Part shown: piece after piece, positions 24,501-35,300 of the stretch | Layout of the letters: each line of letters begins with the position of its first letter | Numbering within the stretch: position 1 is the first letter of the stretch | NCBI GenBank assembly: GCA_002633005.1 | Contig: NMRA01000055.1 | Location: 248,001-312,000, forward strand | Length of the DNA: 64,000 nt | DNA from: Phoronis australis | Taxonomy: Eukaryota > Animalia > Phoronida | Direction of reading: 5' to 3' | Made by a program: the position numbers and the translations under genes | Notes under the pieces: model-generated | Told to the model about the DNA's origin: nothing | What the model saw: the letters and a program-made list of their open reading frames with translations, nothing else | Database searches by the model: none

Positions 24501-26987
24501 ACACATGGCTGTGTATGTAGAATTGTGGGAAATTGGTGATTGGTGCAGATCTTATCGAGGGAGGAAGAAAAATGACAAAATTCTCCCAGTGTCTGTTCAG
24601 TGCCACACCTGTCTTTCAGGTGCATACCTAAAGAACCATAAACAAAGACTAATTACTATTTATAAAGGGCTAAGCATGCCTGTGGGCTCTGCAGAGCCGT
24701 TGCAACTTCTTTATATTAACAAAAAAATCGATAATAACTGTCAAATCAACATTATGTATTCTTTTCTAGCTTTGGTATTTAGAATAGATTTACTTCTTTG
24801 ACTGATTTGACCATTAAGAATTGACTGCTTGGTTATGGTAAATTCTAGTTCATTATTTCCCTATCAGATATTGACCATATTGTTTAGTGTGTCATTCAAA
24901 GCATCTCATGTTCTAGATGAAAGCCAGCTCAAAGTATGGAAGACAGGTTGTGTTTAACGCAGAACACGGAATATGTCAGAAGTGCAACTTCAACGCACAA
25001 GAGTTTTTCAAACAATTGAGGTAAAGCAGATGTCTTTCCTACTTTTATTCTTTTTAACATGAATGGTATTTTGAAAATACCTGTACTATAATTAGATATT
25101 TTCATATATAAGGAATTATTACACAAGGCATTCCAGAAAGATATTGGACTCATCTTTTGAAAGCAGTGTGTTTCATATTAGTAGCATTTTTCAATTGCAT
25201 TGAAGGTATAAAATGTAAAATTTGTTAAGAAGTTTGTCCCTTTTGTAAATACTCTGTGTACTTTTTACTCTAACATTATTGAAGGGATAGTCAATGGTTA
25301 CAGTGATACAATAATTTTGAATTGGCTTCATCTTCTTGAAATGCTCTATATATTGATGGAGTTTATTGCATGAAACAAATACATATAAAGACAAATAACA
25401 TGAATTGGTTGGATTTACGGGAAGAATTTTTTTGAGCCTCGAGACAATCAGTCCATATATTAATTGTTCCTTAATAATGTGTAGGTATTCACTTGCAAAA
25501 TACTGGTTTGAAAAGGTTTCTAGTTTGTAAAACATTACTTTTCTAACATCTGCCAACAGTGAGCATTCTGTTACATGGTGTTCTATTCTGTCTGACTATT
25601 ATATCTGAGCATGATACTTGCATAATAACATCTGCCAACAGTGAGCATTCTGTTACATTGTATTCTATTCTGTCTGACTATTGTATCTGAGCATAATACT
25701 TGCATAATAACATCTGCCAACAGTGAGCATTCTGTTACATTATATTTTATTCTGTCTGACTATTGTATCTCAGCATAATACTTGCATAATAACATCTGCC
25801 AACTGTGAGCATTCTGTTACATTGTATTCTATTCTGTCTGACTATTGTATCTGAGCATAATACTTGCATAATAATACTTGTGTGATAACGAAACGTTGTT
25901 TTCATGCTGCACTCTAGTGTCGTTTTTGTCTTTTATTTCTTGCATTTAATTTGGCCAAAAACTAATATTATTCAATAGTACGTGAGAGTTCAGCTTTCCA
26001 TTTATGTCATTTCCAGAATAACTTCCAGCCTTGAGGAGAGAGCCACTTTAATAAAGAACAGCATCTACAATAAGCTAAGTTCCAAAGAAAAAGAGCGAAT
26101 GGTTCGGAAACCCTACGAAGGTCTTGTAAGTACTTGACATGTGTAACTTCCACACCTGTCCATCACATGGCAGTTATACATACATTTGTCTCTTAACGTA
26201 GAAAATATATCTGAAACTAAATAAGGCGATCCAGATCCTCCCAAGGATACTATTGTTTCATGAAATGAAGAATATAAATCGGTAAATAAAACAACAAGAA
26301 TGGATCAACTGAAATTTGAAATTTTCGAATGTAATAACTTCCTTTATCAACAAAAACAGAAATAAAGTAAAATCAAACACAAAATGACAATTGACATATA
26401 AGATATGGTGTAATGAAAATGATACATTTTTGCGTAAAAAATTCAATGACATATTTTAAGAAGTTTTTTTAGAACCTCATGGATTGAACATAAAAACGTG
26501 TACTAGACAACGTGTACCAGACAACGTGTACCAGACAACTTGTATCAGACCGCAATTATTTTTTATATACATTATTGTCTAACAATAATGTCCATGGTTT
26601 CTGTTTATCACAGAATTCATATCAAGTGAATGCATTGCATTCAGCCAGTTATTATATAATGTAAGCATGCTGTGCAATTGATTGCTTTTGTATTTGCAAG
26701 CAAAGTATTGTCTACAACTTTTGTTGGTAGTGTAGTGTTACACAGTTGACAACCAGATGACATGTCATTAAAAAGGCCTTTTATTTCATTAGTTCTGGCA
26801 AGTGGACCACATTCGGCCTGTATATGCTGGTGGAGGGCAGTGTGATATAGACAACCTGAGAACGCTGTGTACCATGTGTCATCGCAGTGTCACGTCTGAG
26901 CAGAACAAGCAACGAAATCAACAGAGGAGGCTCACCGAGGCAGCCAAGCACGGCGACATTACTACGTTCTTCAAAAAATGTGCATGA
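524..26987 (+). CDS. ZRANB3: ZRANB3 (SNF2-family annealing helicase/translocase with PIP, NZF, HNH endonuclease and APIM); spliced, 5' coding exon(s) upstream of window
   Basis: Exons with AG/GT edges and matching phases: 524-542, 2249-2427, 3156-3393, 4024-4145, 4482-4626, 6321-6488, 7277-7444, 8505-8576, 9634-9813, 10200-10364, 11004-13344, 13958-14076, 14606-14736, 15812-15929, 22031-22276, 22996-23139, 24917-25020, 26017-26125, 26793-26987 (TGA). Motifs: LIADEMGLGKT, IIADESH, LLTGTP, RIDGS, QCEDRAHRIGQ, PIP QMSVLDYF, NZF fingers, PVYDTLKFCASR, WQVDHIRPVYAGGGQCDIDNLRTLCTMCH (HNH), C-terminal KHGDITTFFKK (APIM-like). About 1650 codons lie in the window. Confidence 0.95.
1435..1770. repeat. 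Degenerate ~29-bp minisatellite (agcagaaaatggtttacaaaatgatata), ~11 copies
   Basis: Recurrent GCAGAAAATGGTTTACAAAATGA variants read directly. Confidence 0.8.
5843..6075 (+). pseudogene. HIRAN-like domain remnant, probably transposon-borne
   Basis: One frame reads SLHVY*ETCNPVE...VLVHETFNPVDKYAVSVLKGHTIVVGHVSREIIKTCILF, matching the G(Y/F)HVYK..W.P...E..N..D.YAV.V....VGHVPR pattern. In-frame TAA at 5858. Followed by GGCGCTTAT repeats and a ...GCGGTA end (6203-6281), suggestive of a DNA-transposon terminus. Confidence 0.6.
7048..7097. repeat. 17-bp tandem repeat x3 (ctccccttatgacttat)
   Basis: Directly visible. Confidence 0.85.
7568..7740. mobile_element. Dispersed repeat fragment, inverted homologue of 32280-32450
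   Basis: tacggccatgtaat...ttccgtatt...gacatggaaagttcaaaa...gtcaatgtcgactc matches the reverse complement of 32280-32450. Confidence 0.75.
9992..10216 (+). repeat. 39-bp minisatellite (6 copies, one of 37 bp) that duplicates a 3' splice site
   Basis: Unit tatatattatggtgtactcttgcag|acatgtgtggtgac; acceptor AGs end at 10006, 10045, 10082, 10121, 10160 and 10199. Confidence 0.95.
11004..13344 (+). CDS. ZRANB3: Giant internal exon of ZRANB3 (PIP box, SIM-like motifs, 32-35-aa repeats, two RanBP2/NZF zinc fingers, acidic tail)
   Basis: 783-aa ORF 11016-13367 is bounded by acceptor tgtcag|GAA at 11004 and phase-1 donors after 13335 or 13344. Contains WACNACTFHN...CAIC (12021-12080) and WTCLMCTYEN...CQMC (12180-12239). 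Confidence 0.9.
14677..14936 (+). repeat. 86-bp tandem repeat x3 duplicating an exon end plus 5' splice site
   Basis: aatgg|gtaagttggtggctccactaaccattc recurs with GT at 14737, 14823 and 14909. Confidence 0.95.
16065..16200. mobile_element. Hairpin head of a non-autonomous element that hosts the 5-kb transposon
   Basis: tttatgacttgggcaaaacctcttggaa...ttcgtcgaa...ttctaagaggttttgcccatgtcataaa forms a long palindrome. Confidence 0.55.
16763..21778 (+). mobile_element. ~5.0-kb DNA transposon with TIRs GTATCAGTCCACG.../...CGTGGACTAGTAC and 4-bp TSD TTAG; decayed transposase remnants (Sola3-like, tentative)
   Basis: TTAG flanks both ends (16759-16762, 21779-21782). Sub-terminal inverted match agcggcaaggtggggggtcagcc / ggctgacccccaccttgccgct. 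Remnant peptide KGWVLKSSQPARRY...MSKRICSLRNELGKK/VFAKDYWLMPQQV at ~18430-18660. A second copy with the same termini starts at 31953. Confidence 0.8.
23141..23320 (+). repeat. Degenerate 46-bp tandem repeat starting at a ZRANB3 5' splice site
   Basis: tatg(t/c)tatctttcat at 23141, 23187 and 23233, with a partial fourth copy. Confidence 0.7.
23918..24060. repeat. 23-bp minisatellite x6 (ttttgtgaactgcttgcgctacc)
   Basis: Directly visible. Confidence 0.92.
25545..25873. repeat. 82-bp tandem repeat x4
   Basis: aacatctgccaac recurs at 25545, 25627, 25709 and 25791. Confidence 0.92.
26496..26550. repeat. 14-bp tandem repeat x4 (acgtgtaccagaca)
   Basis: Directly visible. Confidence 0.8.
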
Positions 26988-27039
26988 CATTAGAAATGGG
27001 ATGATGTATCAGCATACTTTTTGTGCTTCCGCACATATG

Positions 27040-28350
27040 TGGGTCTATGTTGCCGTCATCTTTGTGTGGACATCCATTACTGTTTCTCTGAAACCTGTTG
27101 TAGGATCCTAAGGAGTCTTGGCAGATGTTTTTATGAGGCTGGCAACACACCAATCAGACTACTGCTGTTCGACATTGTGATTACTGCTGTTCCCCATTGT
27201 GGCAATTGAATATTTTTACATTTGCCTCCATCTTTATAGATGGATGGATTTTTGTGAAATTTGGCAAACAGCTTCTATTAAAGAGGCCATGCCTTTCCAT
27301 TTTCGGACAGATACGACATATTCTGTGCCACCTAGTGGTCATTTTATTATTGTCTAGTCTGTTTTTTGGCGTTGTCCTCTCTGTCCACCAAACTGTTCGA
27401 AGGATCGTTATGAAAGTTGGCAGATGTGTTCTGATCAAGAAGACTTCGGTTGCTGATGATTTTTCAGACAAACCCGTCTAGTTTGGTGGGAATTTTTTGT
27501 GTCCATTGTGAAATTTGGCATGTGAATGTGACAGAAGGTGATGACTTTTGGACATATCCAACTACCACTGTGTCCCCAAGTGGCAATTTTAGTTTTTTAC
27601 CTCTTTATCTTCAGAGTACCTTCACAAATTTTCATGAGATTTTGGCTTATAGGTTTCTGTTAAAGATACGACCAGATATTCCTATTTACTTTTGTTATTT
27701 ACGAGTCTGTTTTTTGGAATCTGCCTATCTGCCAAGCCACTAATATTACAAAAATTGTGCAGATGTTTGTGCTGAGAAGACCATGGCTGACGTTGATTTT
27801 AGGACAGGTTTTACTACTATGGTGCCCCCTCATGGCAATTGTTTTTGTGGCTGCGGAGCCCTGTATCTCCTTAACGAACCCCATGTGTGCTTTTTGTGAA
27901 GTTTGGGTACTGTTTTTTCTATGAATAGCAGATTACAAATGACTACTGCTGTGTCCCCCTAGTGGCTATTTTATTATTTTTAAGTTAACCTCTACATCTT
28001 TAGAGTACCTGACAGAATTTCACAAAATTTGGCACAGCGATTCAATTAAAATGTTAACACCTTTCTGTTTTCGGACGGATTAGATTTTTTGTGCCACCAT
28101 GAAGACATTTTTTATTATTTGCTTCAGCCTATCTATCAGCCAATGTGGCAACAGATGACAACTTCTTTTACTAGATGGATCAGACTACCGCTATGCTACG
28201 TATTGGCAATTTTATTTTCATGTTTGCCTCTAGCTTCGTAGTTTCTGGACTGATTTTCATGAAATTTGGCAAATAAGTTTCTATTAGAGAAACTACTAGG
28301 CTTTTACTTTCTGACAGGTTTGACGTATTCTGTTCCATGTTGTCGCCATT
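27040..28350 (+). mobile_element. Decayed modular repeat (Helentron/HINE-like non-autonomous element, tentative)
   Basis: Recurrent modules tgtccccctagtggcaatttt and tttcatgaaatttggca; similar modules occur at ~48000-48250, ~52030, ~55950-57050 and ~57380-57730. Confidence 0.5.
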
Positions 28351-28424
28351 TTATTGTACTGATTAACATCCCTAGAAGCATAATGTTTATTGTACTAATT
28401 AACATCCCTAGAAGCATAATGTTT
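28350..28424. repeat. 37-bp direct duplication x2
   Basis: tttattgtact(g/a)attaacatccctagaagcataatgt occurs twice. Confidence 0.85.
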
Positions 28425-28967
28425 GCAGTGCAGTCGAGGTTATATATTTCAACTTTTTGCATTGCTCTTGTATAAAGTTAGTTTTACTTTCTATACATTT
28501 TAAGCTTTTATCTCTTTAAAACTTTCAACTATGTCAGTGAGTATTACACTTGTCAATGATCTGCCCAGGTGTTTTAACTTATAAAGCTATTCCTATGAAA
28601 AGGCCATGAGGAAACAACAACCACCTAGTTATGATTGGATCTAGTTTGTTTGGGTACCTTGACTGAATAATCCAGTTTTCATGGGCACTTGCCACTCTCA
28701 GCTATCTTCTAAGATGAAAACAATATTTGACAGTTTTAAAATTTATATTTTAAAAACAATGACGCATCTCATGCACGTGTGATATGATGTACGTAATGTT
28801 GGTTCAGAAGTTTTTGTTCCTAGTTATTGAAGTGACAACAGTTAGGTACAGTTACAGTTTATTGATCAACACGACATAAATAACAATTATCAATGTCATG
28901 AAAAAACAAGGTCAGACTTCCCTGATATTATTTAAATAATAACTTTGATTGTTGTATGTCTTTAAGC

Positions 28968-29050
28968 AGGAGCACCTATTCAGCTGTGGTGGTTAATGTT
29001 GTGAACTCTCAACCAAAAGGTTGTGAGTTCAATCCCCCAATGATGGGGGT
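28968..29050 (+). mobile_element. tRNA-derived SINE head / tRNA-like relic
   Basis: A-box-like gtggtggttaa, anticodon-loop-like ctctcaa and B-box-like gagttcaatccc; no intact cloverleaf. Confidence 0.45.
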
Positions 29051-29387
29051 GGTTTTTAAGGATCTTTAACATAATAAACCATTTTACTAAGGAACCCTGT
29101 CATTTTACTCGTCAGTTGTTAGCAACACAAAAAAGTGTAATATAAAACAATTTTTAGCTAAAAAATACCTTCGCATTAGTCCTGTTCAAGATATGCAAGA
29201 GTCTATGTCGTTTTTTCTGGTAATGTCACATGAACATCATAACGAAAAGAACAACAGGAATCTGTGCTTTTAAAAACAAAACAATGGATGTAACTACATT
29301 ACAAAAATAGTTTACATAATTCTAAAGCATTTTATGTGAACGCTATCTAGTTATTCAATTCATTTCTATTATAATGATTTGCAGGTG

Positions 29388-32300
29388 TCATCTGCTCTCT
29401 AACTTTTCCGTTTGGTAAAACGTTTGTACAATCTCTGCTAATTGTGTTACTAAATCCACCGACTCCTTCCACTTGTTTTTTGATGAACAAGAACCAGAGA
29501 CAATGTTCTCTGTCAGCTGCAGAACTTGTTTCAGAAACCTGAAACAGAAATTTGAAAACTAAAATGAACAATGGACTTCTCATGTATTTACTCAAAAGTA
29601 GCTTTTAACAGTTTACGTTTTTACTTAATTACATCTTCCATGGAATAAAATCTAGAATGAAAAGAATACCGACAAGAAATTGTAATTATTTATTTTGACA
29701 GTCTTGCAGTCATATGGGTAATATATTGGGAGTAAGACAATTATCAAACAAAAGACCAGATGATATAATTAATACAATGAGATTCAAATCGGTCATACTC
29801 GGTTGGTTACAGGGTGACACTGATAGACTTGTTCCAAACCTCAAAGTAAACAAATCGCTTTGAATGGGAAGCTGGTATGGTTTAATTGTTCATCTCTATT
29901 TTTTTGTTTTTAAGAAATTGACTTATCGGAATACAAAGTGTTCAGGATGATAACAATGAGTCCACATGTCAAAATGTGACTGTTGATCGACGGTTCAACT
30001 TAAGAATTATTGTGTTTAGTGGAATATAGACACTCATTAAATATTTTTCAGAGACCACGTTACTCCTTTCACAGCCATTAGAGAATGAAGTCCATTGTGA
30101 TAGGCTCCCATAGCCTCTTGAATGCATTCCACTGGAATTATGTTTATCATTTGTTGTGGATAGTAAGGCTCTGACCTCACCTGAGTTTTGGTAGTGATCC
30201 CATAGATGGAGCCAGTGTGAACATTTCCCCAACTACTAACACCAGCAAGAGACGAAGGCCACTGGATAGACATAGCAGGCTGGAGACAAAGACCTGAACT
30301 CATTAATCATATACGAACAACTCTCATGTTTATGTGTGAAGTTATGGCCCAGTGATTGTTCAGAATTTCACTAGGTAATAATTTACAATAGACCAATTAT
30401 GGGTTTCCAATTTTAGAATAAAAATGGATCAAAATCTCCTGTTACATAACCTTACATAAGGTCTATACACCTGCATGTGAAAAAGCAGTATGAATTCTTA
30501 CAATCCTCAGGTGAATTTCCTCCGTGCAGTATCAGGTTAACACCATGTCGCCAATGGAAGTTGGAAAAAAATCCACCTTGCTTTTACCTCACTCATGGTT
30601 TACTAATGGCAAAATCACAAATGTTCATGAGAACAAAGTGGGGTTGTCTTATTTCTGTAATTATCATTGTTTTCTTAATCCAGCATGGCTCAAACTAATC
30701 GCCCATGCATTCATTGCACAATGAACAAATTTATTTGTTGAAAATGCGTATTTATCAGGGCAGCTGACAATTAAATACAGTTATAAATGTTCTTTGCTTT
30801 GGTCATATAAACAACACATGCCAGCATCATCTGTGCAAGAAGAACAAAACAAGATAGACCTAGTGAGGTCACACTGGATTAGTAAAAACCTCATGAGGTC
30901 ACGCTGGACTAGTAAAAACCGAGTGAGTAAATAAAGAAAAATACTAAATCTGGGTGGATACATGTTTCAAATAAAGACCATTCTTAACTGATTTTTAAGC
31001 CAGTAAAGAAACTGATAACATCTTCCAACGCTAAGTGGTTGCTGTGTAGTTTACCAACAACACTCTGAGACTAGATCTTATCAATACTGCGATTTGCAAG
31101 CCACGCTGTGTTTGCTCAGACTGTTCAAGAAAATCCTGCACTAACATTCCGATATAGATACTAACCACCTCGCCATCGTCAGCGATTTTGTGGTAGGTTT
31201 CATATGGGGTTCCTTGGCAATGGTTTCTAAATGAAGATCATGATTTATGCTAATTTGACTCAAAAATATTGCTTAACAAGAGGAAATCAATGCTTTAAGA
31301 AAATTTGCAAATCACGTAGAATTCTCTGCATAAATGTGAAGTTTCACATGAGCCACTGCCAAAGATGAGTAAAGGCATCAAAGAATCATCACTTAATTTA
31401 AGCATGTGGACTCAACAGTTGTGCAAATATTTCAATCAAAAAGGTGAAACAATAAATACACAAAACGTACCGAGAGTGGCGTACATGAAGTAATATCCCA
31501 AAGACGTTATTCCACGTATCGGCCGAGACCGAACGAGGTATGTTTTGTATTTATCCCATGCGCTTCGAATCCCTAAGTTTCTTACATTTTTTGGCAGATT
31601 TTTCAAATACTTCACCCAGACTGTTCACATGGCGGATCACATCCTACATGTATGTACGTGCGCGTTAGGTTGCAAGTTTTCTCTTAGTGTAAAAGAAACA
31701 GTTTTAACAGTAACGATTTATGTCTTGAAAAGAAGTAGCAAAGATGAAAACAACGGCACTGTGCAGTGAACTAGTAACATCTCTTGGAAATAGTTAAAAA
31801 ACAACATTTGATATTTTAATTTCCTAGAAATCGGCACCTGAGTTGCAGACGATATAGTATTCAGCAATTGAAAACTGAGACATAAGTGTCTTATAATTAA
31901 CAGTTTTGTTCTAGATTTTACATTTAGGGCCTGGTAGCATTTCAAGTGTTAAGTATCAGTCCACGGATCCACCGACCACAGTACAGCCAACAAGCGGCAA
32001 GGTGGGGGGTCAACCATTCAGATCCATGTTTAGTCTGATAAATCACATTAGGGATGAGAGAAAATGAGTGAAGTATGACACTACAAAGTTTGGTGGTTTA
32101 GGAGATACAAGGGAAGTGTTCTGGGGGGCAAAATGAGGCAATTTCTTGGTGTGGAATGAGTCATTTTTTACCAAATTTTCTATTCCAGTTTCTGCTTCAA
32201 ACAGAATCGTTTCTGAACAATNCTGGTGCTCTCGTGGACTAGTACTTAATTACACTGCTGCAACTGTATTACTTTAAACTATATTCGGAAAGTTTGATGA

Positions 32301-35300
32301 TCGAACTGGCTGAAGACGTCGAGTCAACATTGACCTACCTTTTGAACTTTCCATGTCAGAGGTCACTGTTGAAGTAGTGCTGGAGGTGAATACGGAAAAC
32401 TTTATTACATGGCCGTATTTCCCTCAAGAGATTCAACGCGCATGGGATAAGTCATAACACGTAAAACAAATTGCCTTAATTATAAAGTTACCTCTTACCT
32501 TGTTAAATATTTAAGGTAGTTGTTTCTTTGTCTTGATCGCATACTTCTGGCCTCCCATTGGAGAAATCTTTGTTTTCCAAAGGATGTGAGATTCACTACA
32601 ATTAGTTCACTCTGTGACACAATTTGTCGCAAAATGCCCACGATTTCCAACTCATTTACAGATTTTTCACCAGCACTGTCCTGCTGAAAGACACAATTTG
32701 TTTTATTTTAGGTTGTACTTCTAACAAAATTAATCTGGAACTACCCATTTTTAACTTAGCACATTTTTGAAACTCATTTGACACAGAAGCAATTGACAAA
32801 CTAAAAAAAAACTTCTACTACATAAAGTTTTATAAGGGAGCCTTCACATATTACATCATTCAAAATTTGTCACTTTTTACTCCCCTGCCCCGTCAACATG
32901 ATACAACCACCCCTGAGTGGCCTCTAATTACCTCATCACAGCCAAACTCCCATTTGGGCAGTGATGGAGTGGGTCTGTTGCTTGTCTGTGTACATGACTT
33001 TAAGGTATAAGCCTATAGTGAAATATGATCAAATGTTGGAAGCGTGTAACAGGTCCTGGCTTTGGAATTACTCAATTTCCATAGCAGAAGGTGAACTAGT
33101 TTTTCAATGATATGCACTATGATGACGATATTCTAAATAAACCTTATGATGACATCACCATGAGTCTACTCTCCTCCCCGTCACAAATATGATCTTTCCA
33201 AACCCCTCCGCCCTCCAGTGATGAAATAATACGGGAATTCTCACTAAGTTGTGCAGAACAAACCATATTAATAATGGATTAAGATTTCCATAACTTGAAT
33301 TCCAATAATCTCTTTTTCAGACATATTGTGTGCTAGCTAACAGCTTACTAGTGGTTATGTAATTATTCAATGAACAATTCAAGACACCACCTTCAGTTGC
33401 ATGATTTCAGCCTTGAACTTTCTATGAACATTGGATGAATACATAGCACTGATATCTTACCTGTACTCTTAGCCTTATTTTGCCCCACAAATACCTTACC
33501 TGTGCTCTTGGCTTTTGATACCGATACAGAGTATCAATTCGTGTATCAAGTAAGCTCTGAAGGATGGTGAACTCGTACCCCGATTCTATATACCTGGCAA
33601 CAGAAAAGCAAGTATGGCAAAGTTTGAGCATGTACATTGTTCAGCTTAAGATGTGGTCTTTTCCTAAGTTCCGACTAATTCAGACACAATTTAACAACAC
33701 TTTCCCTTATTGCAAGCGTGCTGACCACCATCAGTTGAATGACTGTCAGTATTTCTTTTCATAAGGTTTCTTTCAAATTCTTGTGGCTTATGAAATGTAA
33801 TTCTAACTAGTGTCTCATTTATACCATGACATCTCTTAAATTATTCATTACACCGTAACAAAAGTCCATCATCATTGTATATCAGCTATACGCATAGCAA
33901 TTTACATTTGACCTTCATTTGACTTGCACAAACTATGTATTTTCTTTAACCCAGATATAATGCCCTGGAGTTCCAGGGTTTGCTACTGTTGTTCACTGAA
34001 TGTTTGTTTTATGCAATAAATATGATTCTGCTTAAATAAAAAATGAAAACCTTTGATGATCAAGATGCAGCAGAATGGGTATTGTGCAGTATGTTCCTCC
34101 TCCCTGTTATAATAGTGCAAGGCACCATTGAGTATGTGAACTCTGACCTGGTACTTGTTCTTGAGACAAGAGAAAACTGAGCTGAGGCCCAAATGTCACA
34201 GGCAAGTATTTATTTTAACCACTTCACTGTCTGCTTGCCCTAAGTTTTTTTCAAGTTAAAAGATGAATAGAAAGTATTTTTATCAGAAAATGCAACTTTT
34301 TCCTCTTGCCAATATTTGTCCACTTAAATATTAAGCAGTCTGACTGCAATCGTGGCGCTTTTGTATTGCCCATCTTACCAGAGATTACCAATTATACGTT
34401 ATTTACCTGTATTCATTATATTGTAATTGTACTAGTCATAATAAATGACCTTATATCGCCGACCTCCGTCTCCTTTTCATCTCTGGTAATGAGCTTGTGA
34501 TGCGTATCATTTGTCTTATTATTCGGGACATATGTCAATCATAAAAATATTGAGTCATTTTTGATGTACCACACTTTAGGTACTACTTTACATATGTGTA
34601 GTAGTATTGAACTGCATTGCCCACAAGTTTTTAACTGGTACTAAATATTATTGTTGTTATTATCATTATTATTTTCATTACTATATGAAATTTGTCCCAG
34701 CGACACACCTGAGCAGTTCTTTCAGTTGAGGCTCAAGTTGCATATAATGCGAGCAGCAAGTTATCGCAGAGCTCTCAACACAGGATGAAACAGGTGCCTC
34801 AGGACTGAAATATAACCACACGAACAACTGAAATATTTAATTACTGTACATAGCAGCCACTTTGTACGTATAAAGTATTTGAAAGTCACTCAGGATTTAG
34901 TAATAACTAACACTTGTTAGCACTTGCTATTCAGTTTGTGAAGGACCAACTATGCTATAATATGGTGAATGATATTGCTTTGATTGCCAAGATATAAACC
35001 AACATTTCGTTATTCCCACATAATGGTATAAGGAGATATTCAGTGATAACTACTTACACTTGTATATCTGGCTTGGGTATATCATTCATGTCAAGCAAGT
35101 CTCGGGATAGTTTGCCAACTTGCCTCTTAAGTATGCACACTGGATGATATCGTGAATCATAATTTATGAATGCTTGATGGGTCTCGTTCCAAATGGAAGG
35201 CTGAAAATGAACAAAATGACAAAGTTTACTTTCACACTGTAACTGTACGTCATAAAAATAGTAGACATTCAGCATATCCAGAGGGCCCGCTTGCATGAAA

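Noticed and set aside
28968-29050. Functional tRNA gene
   Set aside because: Acceptor and anticodon stems do not pair; better explained as a SINE head.
31169-31226. Possible extra ERMARD exon (AG...GAG|GTGGTT on the minus strand)
   Set aside because: Its 58-nt length would break the frame between flanking phase-2 junctions, and the peptide has no ERMARD similarity.
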